NCBI GenBank assembly: GCA_040880105.1
Contig: JBBDJA010000001.1
Location: 96,001 to 160,000, forward strand
DNA length: 64,000 nucleotides
Source of the DNA: Waddliaceae bacterium
Lineage (GTDB): Bacteria > Chlamydiota > Chlamydiia > Chlamydiales > SLOH01
Direction of reading: 5' to 3'
Below, one piece after another: positions 1-9,603 of the stretch. The notes under the pieces were generated by a model, which worked only from the letters and a program-made list of their open reading frames with translations, searched no databases and was not told where the DNA came from. Made by a program: the position numbers and the translations under genes. The first letter of the stretch is position 1, and every line of letters starts with the position of its first letter.

Positions 1-1592
1 AGAGTGCCTTTCACTTGAACAGATCCCATCCATTCGCTAAAGAAGTCCTTTCCTTCAATACGTGCCGGCTTCTCAGTTTGAATTTCAATATCAAGTGATA
101 TTGGGACTGTACTTTCTTGGCTGGTTAAGATTTGCTGTTCGGGAGGATCAATCACATTGACATAAGTAACGTTCAGTGTAATCGGATCTTCGCTTGTGCG
201 CTTCGGAATGGTATAACGCGTATCATAACTTAAAAGCTTTCCTGTAAGAGCAGCTCCTGTGAGATCGCCTTTTAGATGAAGATCTCCGTGAAAATTGGTG
301 GAGTAGAGGCTCCAGTCTGTGAAGTGGCCCTTTTCAATGGTTGTATTTAACGTAAACGGAAAGTTTTCCTTGAAATCGAGTCTTCCGGTTGAGGTGTAGA
401 TTCCTCCAAGTTCATCTACAGCACGAAAATCCTGAAGAAGAATTCGATCTAAATTACCATTCACGGCTGCTTGCACATGGGAGAAGTTTAGATTAAATTC
501 GTCAGATTCAAAGGAGGCGTCTTCTACAAAGCAGGCATACTCAAAAAGGTGTGGCGAGATGTCACACTTCACGTGGACGTCTCCATCAATATCGGGAAGA
601 TCGACGCCGGCAAGTCTTTCAATTTCTATGATGTTAAGAGTGGTCGCTAGATGAGTAATAAACTCATTTTCACTATTATCAAGGATGTAATTTAGTTTGA
701 ACTGGTACGGTCTTTCTTGATCCTCAAAACTTAATGTGGCCTTTCCGGTCGCGTTCAGCGCTTCATATTTTCCATCTAGGTGTGCGGTTAGATTTTTAAA
801 TGACCGTCCCTCCACTTGAAACTTTTGACTTGTTAAATGAAGAATAAGAAATGGAGAGGAGAATTTTCCGGCTAAAGACAACTTACCTGAAAGAGATCCG
901 GTAGCAGTAAAAGGCAGTTCTGAGAGATTAAGGTGTGTGAGTTGCAGCTCCGACCCATCCATATACCCTTCTTTTGAAACAGTGATTTTTCCGGACAATT
1001 GAGCCGGACCAAAATGGCCGCGAAGGTTTGAAAAAGTGACTCCTTTTTCTGGCTCAAGTGAAAAGTTTCCCTCTGCGGAGGCTTTATCTGACCAAATGAA
1101 TTGAAATTTTCCCCGATCCTGTGCTACTTCAATTTTTGTCGCCAAGGTGTCTTGGTTTTTCATGTGAATAAGATCTAGATAAGCAGTTGCGTGCCTTCTA
1201 TCTAAATCAATAGAGGCAATACCTTTGATCCGAAGGGGAGACTCATGCGCATTCACAAGAGAGGGCGATGTCGCTGCGATACCGTTAATATCCAGTTGAG
1301 TCAATGTTAAGGTTTTTTTTATCAAATGCCAGGGGTTTATTTGTGTTGCCAATTGGTCGATTGCAATGACCGGCTCTTGATCTCGGCTGATACGTATCTG
1401 TTTTGCTGTTAAATTAAAAGGGGGGCGAAAAGAGTAAGAGCCGATTTCTAAGTCGTAACCAGTGGCCTCGGAAAAATATTGAGCTATGTAACGTTTAAGA
1501 TCGTTTTTCACAGGTTCGGTCTCAAGTAATAGGATAATGGCGAGAAATACCCCAATGAATGTAGCTAAAATAGCTTCAAAGATGCGAATCAT
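1..1592 (-). CDS. tamB: Translocation and assembly module TamB-like protein (5' part; runs off window edge)
   Basis: Not in the ORF track. Hand translation from the ATG at 1592 gives MIRIFEAILATFIGVFLAIILLLETE (N-terminal anchor) followed by an open beta-rich frame to the window edge. Starts 5 nt after the tamA stop. Confidence 0.75.
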   Translation of the reverse strand, partial: MIRIFEAILATFIGVFLAIILLLETEPVKNDLKRYIAQYFSEATGYDLEIGSYSFRPPFNLTAKQIRISRDQEPVIAIDQLATQINPWHLIKKTLTLTQLDINGIAATSPSLVNAHESPLRIKGIASIDLDRRHATAYLDLIHMKNQDTLATKIEVAQDRGKFQFIWSDKASAEGNFSLEPEKGVTFSNLRGHFGPAQLSGKITVSKEGYMDGSELQLTHLNLSELPFTATGSLSGKLSLAGKFSSPFLILHLTSQKFQVEGRSFKNLTAHLDGKYEALNATGKATLSFEDQERPYQFKLNYILDNSENEFITHLATTLNIIEIERLAGVDLPDIDGDVHVKCDISPHLFEYACFVEDASFESDEFNLNFSHVQAAVNGNLDRILLQDFRAVDELGGIYTSTGRLDFKENFPFTLNTTIEKGHFTDWSLYSTNFHGDLHLKGDLTGAALTGKLLSYDTRYTIPKRTSEDPITLNVTYVNVIDPPEQQILTSQESTVPISLDIEIQTEKPARIEGKDFFSEWMGSVQVKGT

Positions 1593-1597
1593 GATTT

Positions 1598-3472
1598 TCA
1601 AAATGCTTGTCCCACGCTAAAGTATATTTGGCCCCAACTGTCAATTCCCTTTCTTCGACTCAATGGGATCGCGATGTCAAAACGAAGCGGACCCACAGGA
1701 GTATAATACCTCACGCCAATACCTACAGAATGGAGGAGTGTCGGTTCTTTATTGGTTTCAATGATTCGCTTGAAGTCTTCGCCTTCTTGTTGCTCTGCGA
1801 CAATTTGGATATTCTCTGTCCAGTATGAAGAATCAAATACATTGCCAAAGTCATAAAAGCCGACAAGGCCGATTTTTTCGGTTGCATGCCATCTGAGTTC
1901 AAGAGACTGAGTGAAAATCGACTTTCCACCTATTGGCTTATCACTTACGCTTCCATCGGCATTGAGCGTAGTTAAGATAGAACTGACAGTGAAGTAGTCA
2001 TACCCGCGTAAATTATTTTCAGATCCTGCATAAAATCGCTCGGAAGGAGGAATATTTTCACGTGAAGTGCCAATAATCGATCCTAAAGTCGTTTTAGATG
2101 CAAAAATCACACGCGCAGTTTTAGAGAGAGGGTGGTAGGTTGTGTAAGTGCCGATAAAGGTGTGATAATCAAAATAAGGATTTGTAATTTGAAATGAAGG
2201 TATCGCTTTTAATGATAGAGAACTGCCTTCTTGCGGGTCGAGCAGATCGCAGACATTGCTCCAATACATGTTGAGAGGGATTTTAAATAAATTATATGAA
2301 CGCTCAATCACACAGTCGATAATATCTGTTCCGGGCAATGGATCCGCATCCGCGCTCGAGTTAAATAAGTTTGTATATTTAAGCCCATAGGAGTATCTAA
2401 AGTTTGACGTCACTCTCTTGTTAAGAAGAGAAGATAAGCTAATCGATCTTTCCTTATAAGCTTCTACTTTTTCATGTTGAAGCTCCGTTCGGAAAATTAA
2501 ATCCTGATCTTGCGTCCAGACATCCGGCTCAATGTAGAAAAAATTGATGTCTTGCCGTTTTTCAAGGGCCTCTAAAGTAATGCCTACATGTTCACCGCCA
2601 TGAAAATAGTTCCGATGTTTCCACTCAGTAGTAAAACCGGGCCCGAGCTGCGTTGAATAACTTCCTCCCAATTCAAAAGTCCTGGGCGGAGCTTCTGAGA
2701 CCTCTATCTGCATCGGCAAATACTGCCCATCAATCAGTTCATTTTCATGCGAAATGGATATGGATTGAAAAAGGCGCGAGTTTTCAAGTACAGACAAAGT
2801 CGATTGCACTGCGCATGGGTCGTAGGGTGCTCCATGTTGCCACTGTAACTTTTTGAAGAAAAAACGGGAAGAAACATTAAAATTTCCGCAAATCTTTACA
2901 TCTCCAAAATAGGCGTAGGAACCCATGTCGATGTTATATCGGACGGTGACTTGTGTATTTTGCTGATCAACAAAGACCTCGCGTTTTTCAAGTTTGGCAA
3001 ACGGATGGCCTTGCCTCGCTAGAAAAGTTAATAAATTCTGTTCTCCTTCTAAAATCCACTTTGGTCTTGCTTCGCAACCTAGGAATAACCCTATTTGTTC
3101 AGGTGTCAGCGAGTATGAGTTGGGGCAAATTTCAACTCCTGCGAGAGGAAATGCCGGGCCAGGATCAATCATAAACGTGATATGGATAGGGGAGCTACCA
3201 AGATCAATGTCAACAGCGACTTTTGCGTTATAGTACGCATAGTGTTGCATCACATCCATAAGGTTTTCAATATCGCGCTCGGCTCTTCTACGCAATGCAG
3301 ACTCTGTTCGCGGCGGATGTTGTCTTTGGGCGTGAAGCTGTGAGGCGTGATAAAGCCTTTTAAGAACGTTTTCACGAGCGATGCCCGAAAAGTTGACGTC
3401 GTAGGAGTAGTCAGCATCCTGTGCTGCGCAAGCATTTGCGAAAATAAATAAAATTAAGAAAAAAAACCGCAT
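1598..3472 (-). CDS. tamA: Omp85-family outer membrane protein, TamA-like
   Basis: Signal peptide, POTRA-like region, FYAGS..NLRGY loop motif, C-terminal GIGVRYYTPVGPLRFDIA and YFSVGQAF; directly upstream of a TamB-like gene. Confidence 0.88.
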   Translation of the reverse strand: MRFFFLILFIFANACAAQDADYSYDVNFSGIARENVLKRLYHASQLHAQRQHPPRTESALRRRAERDIENLMDVMQHYAYYNAKVAVDIDLGSSPIHITFMIDPGPAFPLAGVEICPNSYSLTPEQIGLFLGCEARPKWILEGEQNLLTFLARQGHPFAKLEKREVFVDQQNTQVTVRYNIDMGSYAYFGDVKICGNFNVSSRFFFKKLQWQHGAPYDPCAVQSTLSVLENSRLFQSISISHENELIDGQYLPMQIEVSEAPPRTFELGGSYSTQLGPGFTTEWKHRNYFHGGEHVGITLEALEKRQDINFFYIEPDVWTQDQDLIFRTELQHEKVEAYKERSISLSSLLNKRVTSNFRYSYGLKYTNLFNSSADADPLPGTDIIDCVIERSYNLFKIPLNMYWSNVCDLLDPQEGSSLSLKAIPSFQITNPYFDYHTFIGTYTTYHPLSKTARVIFASKTTLGSIIGTSRENIPPSERFYAGSENNLRGYDYFTVSSILTTLNADGSVSDKPIGGKSIFTQSLELRWHATEKIGLVGFYDFGNVFDSSYWTENIQIVAEQQEGEDFKRIIETNKEPTLLHSVGIGVRYYTPVGPLRFDIAIPLSRRKGIDSWGQIYFSVGQAF

Positions 3473-3532
3473 AACAAACTAATTGACACTGAGGATGATA
3501 TTATCCTATATTTGCTGTTTTTCAACAAGGCA

Positions 3533-4807
3533 ATGGATAGAAAAGTGACGCTATATCAAAGACTTAGTGAGGTGATCCCCGGTGGAGTCAACTCTCCGGT
3601 ACGCAGTTTTAAGGAGATAGGTCGAGATCCTGTCATTATCAAAAGTGCAAAAGGTAGCTCCCTATTTGATATCGAAGGCAATACATATATCGACTATTGC
3701 CTTAGTTGGGGAGCCATTATTCTCGGTCACGCCGACTCTGAAATCCTTAATGCCGTCTCAAATCGCATGTTATTGGGAACCACATTTGGGGCCTCATGCG
3801 AGATTGAAGAAAAGCTGGCTCGAAAAATTGTGAAGAATGTCCCTTCTATTGAAAAGGTGCGTTTTGTCTCGTCCGGAACAGAGGCGACAATGAGCGCCGT
3901 TCGCCTGGCTAGAGGGTATACCGGCCGCGACAAGATTGTAAAATTTGACGGCAACTATCACGGCCATGCCGATTTTTTTCTTGTGAAAGCAGGGTCAAGT
4001 GCAAGAGCATCGACAAGAGGCGTTCCGCAAAGCGCGGTCCAAGATACAATCTCACTTCCCTACAACGATCCTGAAACGGTAAGACAATACTTAAGAAACA
4101 ATCCGGTTGCAGCTGTGATCCTCGAGCCGATTGCGGGAAACATGGGGGTCATCCCTGCGACTCAAGAGTTTTTGCAAACCTTGCGTGAGGAGACCACAAA
4201 AACTGGCGCTCTTCTTATTTTCGACGAAGTGATCACAGGTTTTCGCGTGGCTCTTGGGGGCGCGCAGTCACTATTTGGAGTTACCCCTGACCTTACGACT
4301 CTTGGAAAAATTATCGGCGGCGGTTTTCCGGTCGGAGCATTCGGGGGAAGGACTGAAATTATGGACTGCCTCTCTCCGATTGGCGATATCTTTCAAGCAG
4401 GAACCTTGTCGGGTAACCCTGTGGCTATGGAAGCTGGATATCAAACCCTTTGCCGCCTCGAGAAGCCGGGGTTTTATGGAGAGCTTGAGCGTAAAGCGCG
4501 CCTTTTAACAGATCCGATCCAGTCATACATTGAGCAAACAGAGTATCCGGCCGCACTGCAGCGCGTCTCATCTATTTTTACGCTCTTTATCGGACATACC
4601 AAAGTCAATTCTTTAACGCAGCTCAATACGCAAGGTTTTTCAGAGCATTATAAAATCTGGCTAGACAGGGGGATTTACGTCCCTCCAAGTGCATATGAGA
4701 CGTGGTTTGTCTCATCGTCACACACAGATGCTGAGCTTCTTCAAACAAAAGATATTGTTTTAGAGAGTTTAGAGCAAAAGCGTTCCGTTCCGATCGGTAA
4801 CGTTTGA
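3533..4807 (+). CDS. hemL: Glutamate-1-semialdehyde 2,1-aminomutase
   Basis: IPGGVNSPVR, RFVSSGTEATMSAVRLAR, FDEVITGFR, LGKIIGGGFPVGAFGG, QAGTLSGNP motifs. Start moved to the ATG at 3533. Confidence 0.96.
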   Translation: MDRKVTLYQRLSEVIPGGVNSPVRSFKEIGRDPVIIKSAKGSSLFDIEGNTYIDYCLSWGAIILGHADSEILNAVSNRMLLGTTFGASCEIEEKLARKIVKNVPSIEKVRFVSSGTEATMSAVRLARGYTGRDKIVKFDGNYHGHADFFLVKAGSSARASTRGVPQSAVQDTISLPYNDPETVRQYLRNNPVAAVILEPIAGNMGVIPATQEFLQTLREETTKTGALLIFDEVITGFRVALGGAQSLFGVTPDLTTLGKIIGGGFPVGAFGGRTEIMDCLSPIGDIFQAGTLSGNPVAMEAGYQTLCRLEKPGFYGELERKARLLTDPIQSYIEQTEYPAALQRVSSIFTLFIGHTKVNSLTQLNTQGFSEHYKIWLDRGIYVPPSAYETWFVSSSHTDAELLQTKDIVLESLEQKRSVPIGNV

Positions 4808-4884
4808 TACAAATGCACTTAAAGCCAGCGCCTCCCTTTTAAGTATTGTCTAATAAGAAGAATTTGTTTAAAAGTTGAAGGAAT

Positions 4885-6987
4885 ATGATACGTTTACTTT
4901 CTATCCTTCTTTTTTCATTTTCCGCTCTTTTAGCTGAAGAGTCAACGCAGATAAAGTTACATGGCTTTTTAGACTCTAGTACTCTCCAAGCGGCTCAAGC
5001 AAATGTTCAAGCTCTAAAAAATGGAGACAATCTTGTCATTCATCTTCAGTCCGAAAGCGGAGAACTAGATCCTATTTTTGATCTAGTCAAGGAGATCTAT
5101 GGAAAAAAGAGACAACAGCAGATCAAAGTCACTGTCTATATCGATGATGAGGCAATCGGACCTGCCGCAATCATTCCGTTTTTAGCAGACGAATTATACA
5201 CCTCCTATTTTGTTTCGTGGGGAGATATTCAGGCGGGGTTAACTGTTACAAGCGAAAATCTACTCTTAAGCAGAGTGCTGAGTTTGATCTCTCCAAATCG
5301 ACCGGACCGAGAAAAATGGGAGACATTAGCAAGAGAAATGGTAACGGATGCGGCGTTACTTAATCAAAACCAATTGCAGGAGCAAGGTTTTATTCAAGGG
5401 GTACTGTCACCCGAACAGTTTTTTAACAGGTACGAGGGTCAAGTTGCGAAAGAACCTCTAAAAGAGTCACTGCCCGGTAGATTCAATGAACATATTAAAT
5501 TTACCGAAGAGGGGCCAAACCGCATCGGTTTAATTACAATTGACGATCGCAAAACCGGTATTAGTTCCGCCACGTGGATTTATGTCAAAAGCGCACTCGA
5601 ATATTATAAGAAAAATCCACCCATTTTTATTGTTCTTAAGTTAAATACCCCCGGAGGGGAGGTTTTTTCCGCTCAAAATATTTCAAATGCTTTGAAGGAG
5701 TTTGACACTCAACATAACATACCGATTGTTGCCTATATCGACAATTGGGCGATATCTGCCGGCGCGATGCTCGCCTATTCTAGTCGCTATATTACAACCG
5801 TTAAAGATGGAAGCATGGGAGCTGCAGAACCCGTTCAAGCGGGAAAAGAGGGGAAGATGGAGGCGGCGTCTGAAAAGGTAAATTCCGCTTTAAGAGCAGA
5901 CTTCGGAAATAGAGCCGCGTTTTTTGATCGAAATTCCAATATTGCAATGGCAATGGTCGATAAAGATATCATCTTAGTTGAACGGAAGGGGCGCATCCTA
6001 AAGTTAGATAACGATGAGCAGATACAGCCAAATGATACAGTCATCTCATCTAAAGGAAAACTTCTGACACTGAGCGCCAGTCAGATGCTTGAGTATGGTG
6101 TCGCAGATTTGATCGTTCAGCCTGCAAAGACAGGATTTATAACCGAACAAGAGCGGAATCTAGGCAAATGGCCGGCAGACAAAAATCAGCTTTTTCACGC
6201 ACCTTTCTTTAAAGATATCCCCAATGCGCAGTTTGATGAGTATCAGATGGATATCAGAACCTGGTTTTTTGTTATACTTACAAACCCGGTCGTCTCATCT
6301 GTTCTATTTCTTGGAATGTTGATGGGGTTTTACATCGAATTTAACTCACCCGGCTTTGGTATTCCAGGCTCTCTTGGGCTTTTGTGTCTTTTTTTAATGA
6401 TCCTTTCAAGTTTTGCCCTTGACATTGCTAATTGGCTCGAAGTGATTTTGCTTTTAGTCGGTATCGTTTTTATCGTTCTTGATTTGTTTCTGATTCCCAC
6501 ATTCGGCCTTTTAGGAATATCCGGGGTGATACTCTTTATCGTCGGTCTTTTTGCAATTTTGCTCCCGGGCATTGCCTCAGTTAATTTTGAGTTCGATACA
6601 CAGACATTTAATCCTGCAGGTGAGGTCTTTATCAGTCGGCTTGCGTGGTTCTCGGGTACACTCCTGGTTGGATTTGGCCTTATAGCGCTACTCGCAAGTT
6701 ATATCACTCCCAACCTTGCCGGCCTTAGGCGGTTTACACTCGTTGGCAATGAGCAACTTGCCTCTAAAGGGTACTATGCAGGATATGAACCGGATCAACT
6801 CCCGAAGCCCGGTTCGAAGGGAAGTGTGATTTCGAGCTTGAGACCCTCCGGAAAAGTTGAAATTGACGGCAAGATTTATGATGCTGTAACCTATAGCGGA
6901 TTTATAGATCGCGGACAGTCTATCGTTGTAAATAGACTTGACGGAAGCGTCATTGTGGTCGATACTGATGCAGAGGAAATAAAATGA
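4885..6987 (+). CDS. Long NfeD family membrane-bound ClpP-class serine protease (YqeZ-like) with an extra degenerate ClpP-like domain
   Basis: Signal peptide; LNTPGG, AISAGAML, GSMGAAEPV; TM block with EFNSPGFGIPG; C-terminal OB domain LRPSGKVEIDG. Confidence 0.9.
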   Translation: MIRLLSILLFSFSALLAEESTQIKLHGFLDSSTLQAAQANVQALKNGDNLVIHLQSESGELDPIFDLVKEIYGKKRQQQIKVTVYIDDEAIGPAAIIPFLADELYTSYFVSWGDIQAGLTVTSENLLLSRVLSLISPNRPDREKWETLAREMVTDAALLNQNQLQEQGFIQGVLSPEQFFNRYEGQVAKEPLKESLPGRFNEHIKFTEEGPNRIGLITIDDRKTGISSATWIYVKSALEYYKKNPPIFIVLKLNTPGGEVFSAQNISNALKEFDTQHNIPIVAYIDNWAISAGAMLAYSSRYITTVKDGSMGAAEPVQAGKEGKMEAASEKVNSALRADFGNRAAFFDRNSNIAMAMVDKDIILVERKGRILKLDNDEQIQPNDTVISSKGKLLTLSASQMLEYGVADLIVQPAKTGFITEQERNLGKWPADKNQLFHAPFFKDIPNAQFDEYQMDIRTWFFVILTNPVVSSVLFLGMLMGFYIEFNSPGFGIPGSLGLLCLFLMILSSFALDIANWLEVILLLVGIVFIVLDLFLIPTFGLLGISGVILFIVGLFAILLPGIASVNFEFDTQTFNPAGEVFISRLAWFSGTLLVGFGLIALLASYITPNLAGLRRFTLVGNEQLASKGYYAGYEPDQLPKPGSKGSVISSLRPSGKVEIDGKIYDAVTYSGFIDRGQSIVVNRLDGSVIVVDTDAEEIK

Positions 6988-7442
6988 CCATACAACCGTT
7001 TTTATTATTAGCAATTGGCTTTTTTTTGATATTTGCCGAGTTTTATCTACCCGGTGGAATCATGGGAGTGCTCGGAACTTTAACTGTGGTTGGGAGTATT
7101 ATTGTTTTTGCTATGCAATCAGAATCCCCCATTTACATTATTTTATACTTAGTAGGGGTTGTTATATCCCTTGCTTTAGTGTTTAAATATGCTCTTCGGC
7201 GCATTAGCCGAGGGAGCTTATTTTCAGCAGGAGATCAAACGGGGTATTACGCCTCATCATATGACAAGGAATTGATCGGAAAGGTCGGAACAGTAGCTAC
7301 AGATTTGCGCCCCGGTGGACATATCGCAATTGATGGAAAAAGATACTCGGCTATTTCTCAGTCCGGCTACCTTTCTAAAGGGGAAAAGGTTGTTGTTATT
7401 GACGGTCAAGGAGAAACTTTAATCGTGAAACCCGAGGAGTAA
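6984..7442 (+). CDS. Short NfeD family protein
   Basis: Three TM helices (AEFYLPGG) plus OB-fold TDLRPGGHIAIDGKRYSA; ATGA overlap with the upstream gene. Confidence 0.9.
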   Translation: MTIQPFLLLAIGFFLIFAEFYLPGGIMGVLGTLTVVGSIIVFAMQSESPIYIILYLVGVVISLALVFKYALRRISRGSLFSAGDQTGYYASSYDKELIGKVGTVATDLRPGGHIAIDGKRYSAISQSGYLSKGEKVVVIDGQGETLIVKPEE

Positions 7443-7447
7443 TCACA

Positions 7448-8407
7448 ATGGAATTTCAGCTCTACTTTATTTTTATTTTACTGGCTCTCTTTGCCCTTGT
7501 CATTCTTGGCATAATGGGAAAATTTGTCAGTTTATGGTTTCAGGCATTTGTGTCTGGCACCCCAATCCCTTTCTTTCAAATTATCGGAATGAGTCTTCGA
7601 AAGATTCCGCCAAGAGATATTGTAAACGCAAGAATCAATGGCTTTAAAGCCGGTCTGCAAAATATTTCAGTTTCCGATCTTGAAACCCACTATTTGGCAG
7701 GTGGCCGCGTAAGTGAAGTTGTACGCGCCATGATTGCAGCGGACAAAGCCAACATTCCACTTGATTGGAGAAAGGCGACCGCAATTGATTTGGCCGGTCG
7801 TGACCTTAGAGATGCGATCCAAACCTCTGTTAACCCACGCGTCATTGACTGTCCAGCTGGCGGCGGCTACATGATTGGTGTCGCTAAAGACGGGATTCAA
7901 GTCCTTGTGCGCGCACGTGTGACAGTCCGTACCAATATTCAACAGCTTGTCGGCGGTGCGACAGAAGAGACCATTATCGCAAGGGTCGGGGAGTCGATTG
8001 TTAGTGCGATCGGTGGATCTGATAATCATATACAGGTTCTTGAGTCACCGCAAACAATCTCCAAAAATGCATTAGAAAAGGGTCTTGATTCATCCACTGC
8101 CTTTATGATTCTTTCGATCGATATTGTTGAGATGACACTTGGTGAGAACATTGGCGCACGTCTGAACGCTGAAAGATCACAAGCGGATGTAATCAAATTT
8201 AAGGCGACCGAGCAAGAGAATATCGCTAAAATTGCCGACAAAAAGGCAAATCTTGTACAAGCGCAGTCACTTGTTCCAGAAGCAATGGCCGAGGCGTTTA
8301 GGAAAGGTCATATGGGAATTTTAGACTACCAGCGCATTCAAAACATCCAAGCAGATACTGACATGAGAAAATCTATATCCGAGCCGGAAGGGGATGATAA
8401 AGAGTGA
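7448..8407 (+). CDS. floA: Flotillin-like protein FloA (YqfA family)
   Basis: LETHYLAGGRV, AIDLAGRD, TSVNPRVID, VAKDGIQ, GGATEETIIARVGE, NIQADTDMRKSI. Confidence 0.93.
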   Translation: MEFQLYFIFILLALFALVILGIMGKFVSLWFQAFVSGTPIPFFQIIGMSLRKIPPRDIVNARINGFKAGLQNISVSDLETHYLAGGRVSEVVRAMIAADKANIPLDWRKATAIDLAGRDLRDAIQTSVNPRVIDCPAGGGYMIGVAKDGIQVLVRARVTVRTNIQQLVGGATEETIIARVGESIVSAIGGSDNHIQVLESPQTISKNALEKGLDSSTAFMILSIDIVEMTLGENIGARLNAERSQADVIKFKATEQENIAKIADKKANLVQAQSLVPEAMAEAFRKGHMGILDYQRIQNIQADTDMRKSISEPEGDDKE

Positions 8408-8949
8408 ATCTAATTGAGCTGATCGGCTTTGTTATCATGATGTTTGCCCTTTTCTTCCTTTATATCAAACGAAGAAGGGAAGAAAAGTGGCGGCAGGAAC
8501 ATCCTGAAGAGTATGAAAAGGAGCAGAAGCGCCAAGCAGAGGCGATGCGCCAATTTATGAGGCAAGTCGGTGTGGAAGTTGATGAAGAGAGTGATGCTGA
8601 TCAATGGGATGAATTCGAAGAAGAAGAAGAATATGAGCCGCCGCCTCTACCTGTAAGCCCCAAAATCAACAGGAAAGCGCAGCCAGTTTCAAAACCCGCT
8701 GAAATAAAAGGGCCTCTCTTTCCTAAGCATAAAACGAAGGTCACCCCAAGATACTTTGAAGCAGAACTCAAAGCAAATACCAAGCGTTTTGAAGAGCAGT
8801 TAAGCTCCTCTTCTTGGAAGGGAAAGATTGAACATGAGATGAAGCTTAAAAAGTCCTCGCGAGGAAAAATGAGTCTAAAGGGGAAATCTCTTAAACAAAT
8901 CATCATTGGTCGAGAGATTATCGGGCCTCCAAAAGCGTATGATGGATAA
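8404..8949 (+). CDS. Single-pass membrane protein, YqfB-position gene of the floA operon
   Basis: N-terminal TM, acidic/proline-rich linker, C-terminal LKQIIIGREIIGPPKA resembling YqfB-type ends; GTGA overlap with floA. Confidence 0.65.
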   Translation: MNLIELIGFVIMMFALFFLYIKRRREEKWRQEHPEEYEKEQKRQAEAMRQFMRQVGVEVDEESDADQWDEFEEEEEYEPPPLPVSPKINRKAQPVSKPAEIKGPLFPKHKTKVTPRYFEAELKANTKRFEEQLSSSSWKGKIEHEMKLKKSSRGKMSLKGKSLKQIIIGREIIGPPKAYDG

Positions 8950-9556
8950 GTATCATGAGCTTCTTAGACAAATTAGCAATGCTGCAATCGCATGTGACCG
9001 AAATCCACGTGAAATTACATTAATTGCCGTTAGCAAAACCTATCCACTTGATGATATCCTTCCGGTTTATAATGATGGATGTAAAGACTTCGGTGAGAGC
9101 CGCATACAAGAAGCGATTCCAAAGATAGAATGCGCTCCAAATGATATTCGTTGGCACCTAATCGGAACGCTCCAAAAAAATAAGGTGCGGAAGGCGATCG
9201 GTAAATTTACTTTAATTCACTCTGTCGACTCACTTTCTTTGGCTGAAAAAATTTCGACTACAAGTCTTGAAATGAATATCAAAACCCAAATTTTATTTCA
9301 GCCAAGAGAGGATGAAGTGCCAAAAGAACTGTTCGATCTTCCCGGTATTGAGGTAAAAGGTTTAATGGCGATTGCCCCCAACACAAACAATGAGACTGTC
9401 ATTCGCAAATGCTTTTCTAATCTTCGTAAACTCCGCGACTCTCTTGGTTTACCTATTTTATCTATGGGAATGAGCAATGATTTTAAGATCGCCATTGAAG
9501 AGGGAGCGACACATCTTCGAATCGGCAGCGCCATTTTTGGGACTCGCGAGACATAA
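8939..9556 (+). CDS. yggS: PLP homeostasis protein, YggS family
   Basis: LIAVSKT, FGESRIQE, WHLIGTLQKNK, LSMGMSNDF, EGATHLRIGSAIFG. Confidence 0.95.
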   Translation: MMDKYHELLRQISNAAIACDRNPREITLIAVSKTYPLDDILPVYNDGCKDFGESRIQEAIPKIECAPNDIRWHLIGTLQKNKVRKAIGKFTLIHSVDSLSLAEKISTTSLEMNIKTQILFQPREDEVPKELFDLPGIEVKGLMAIAPNTNNETVIRKCFSNLRKLRDSLGLPILSMGMSNDFKIAIEEGATHLRIGSAIFGTRET

Positions 9557-9603
9557 AAAAAATATTCTGTTATAATCAAATCTCTAAAATTTAGGAGAAA
9601 ACA

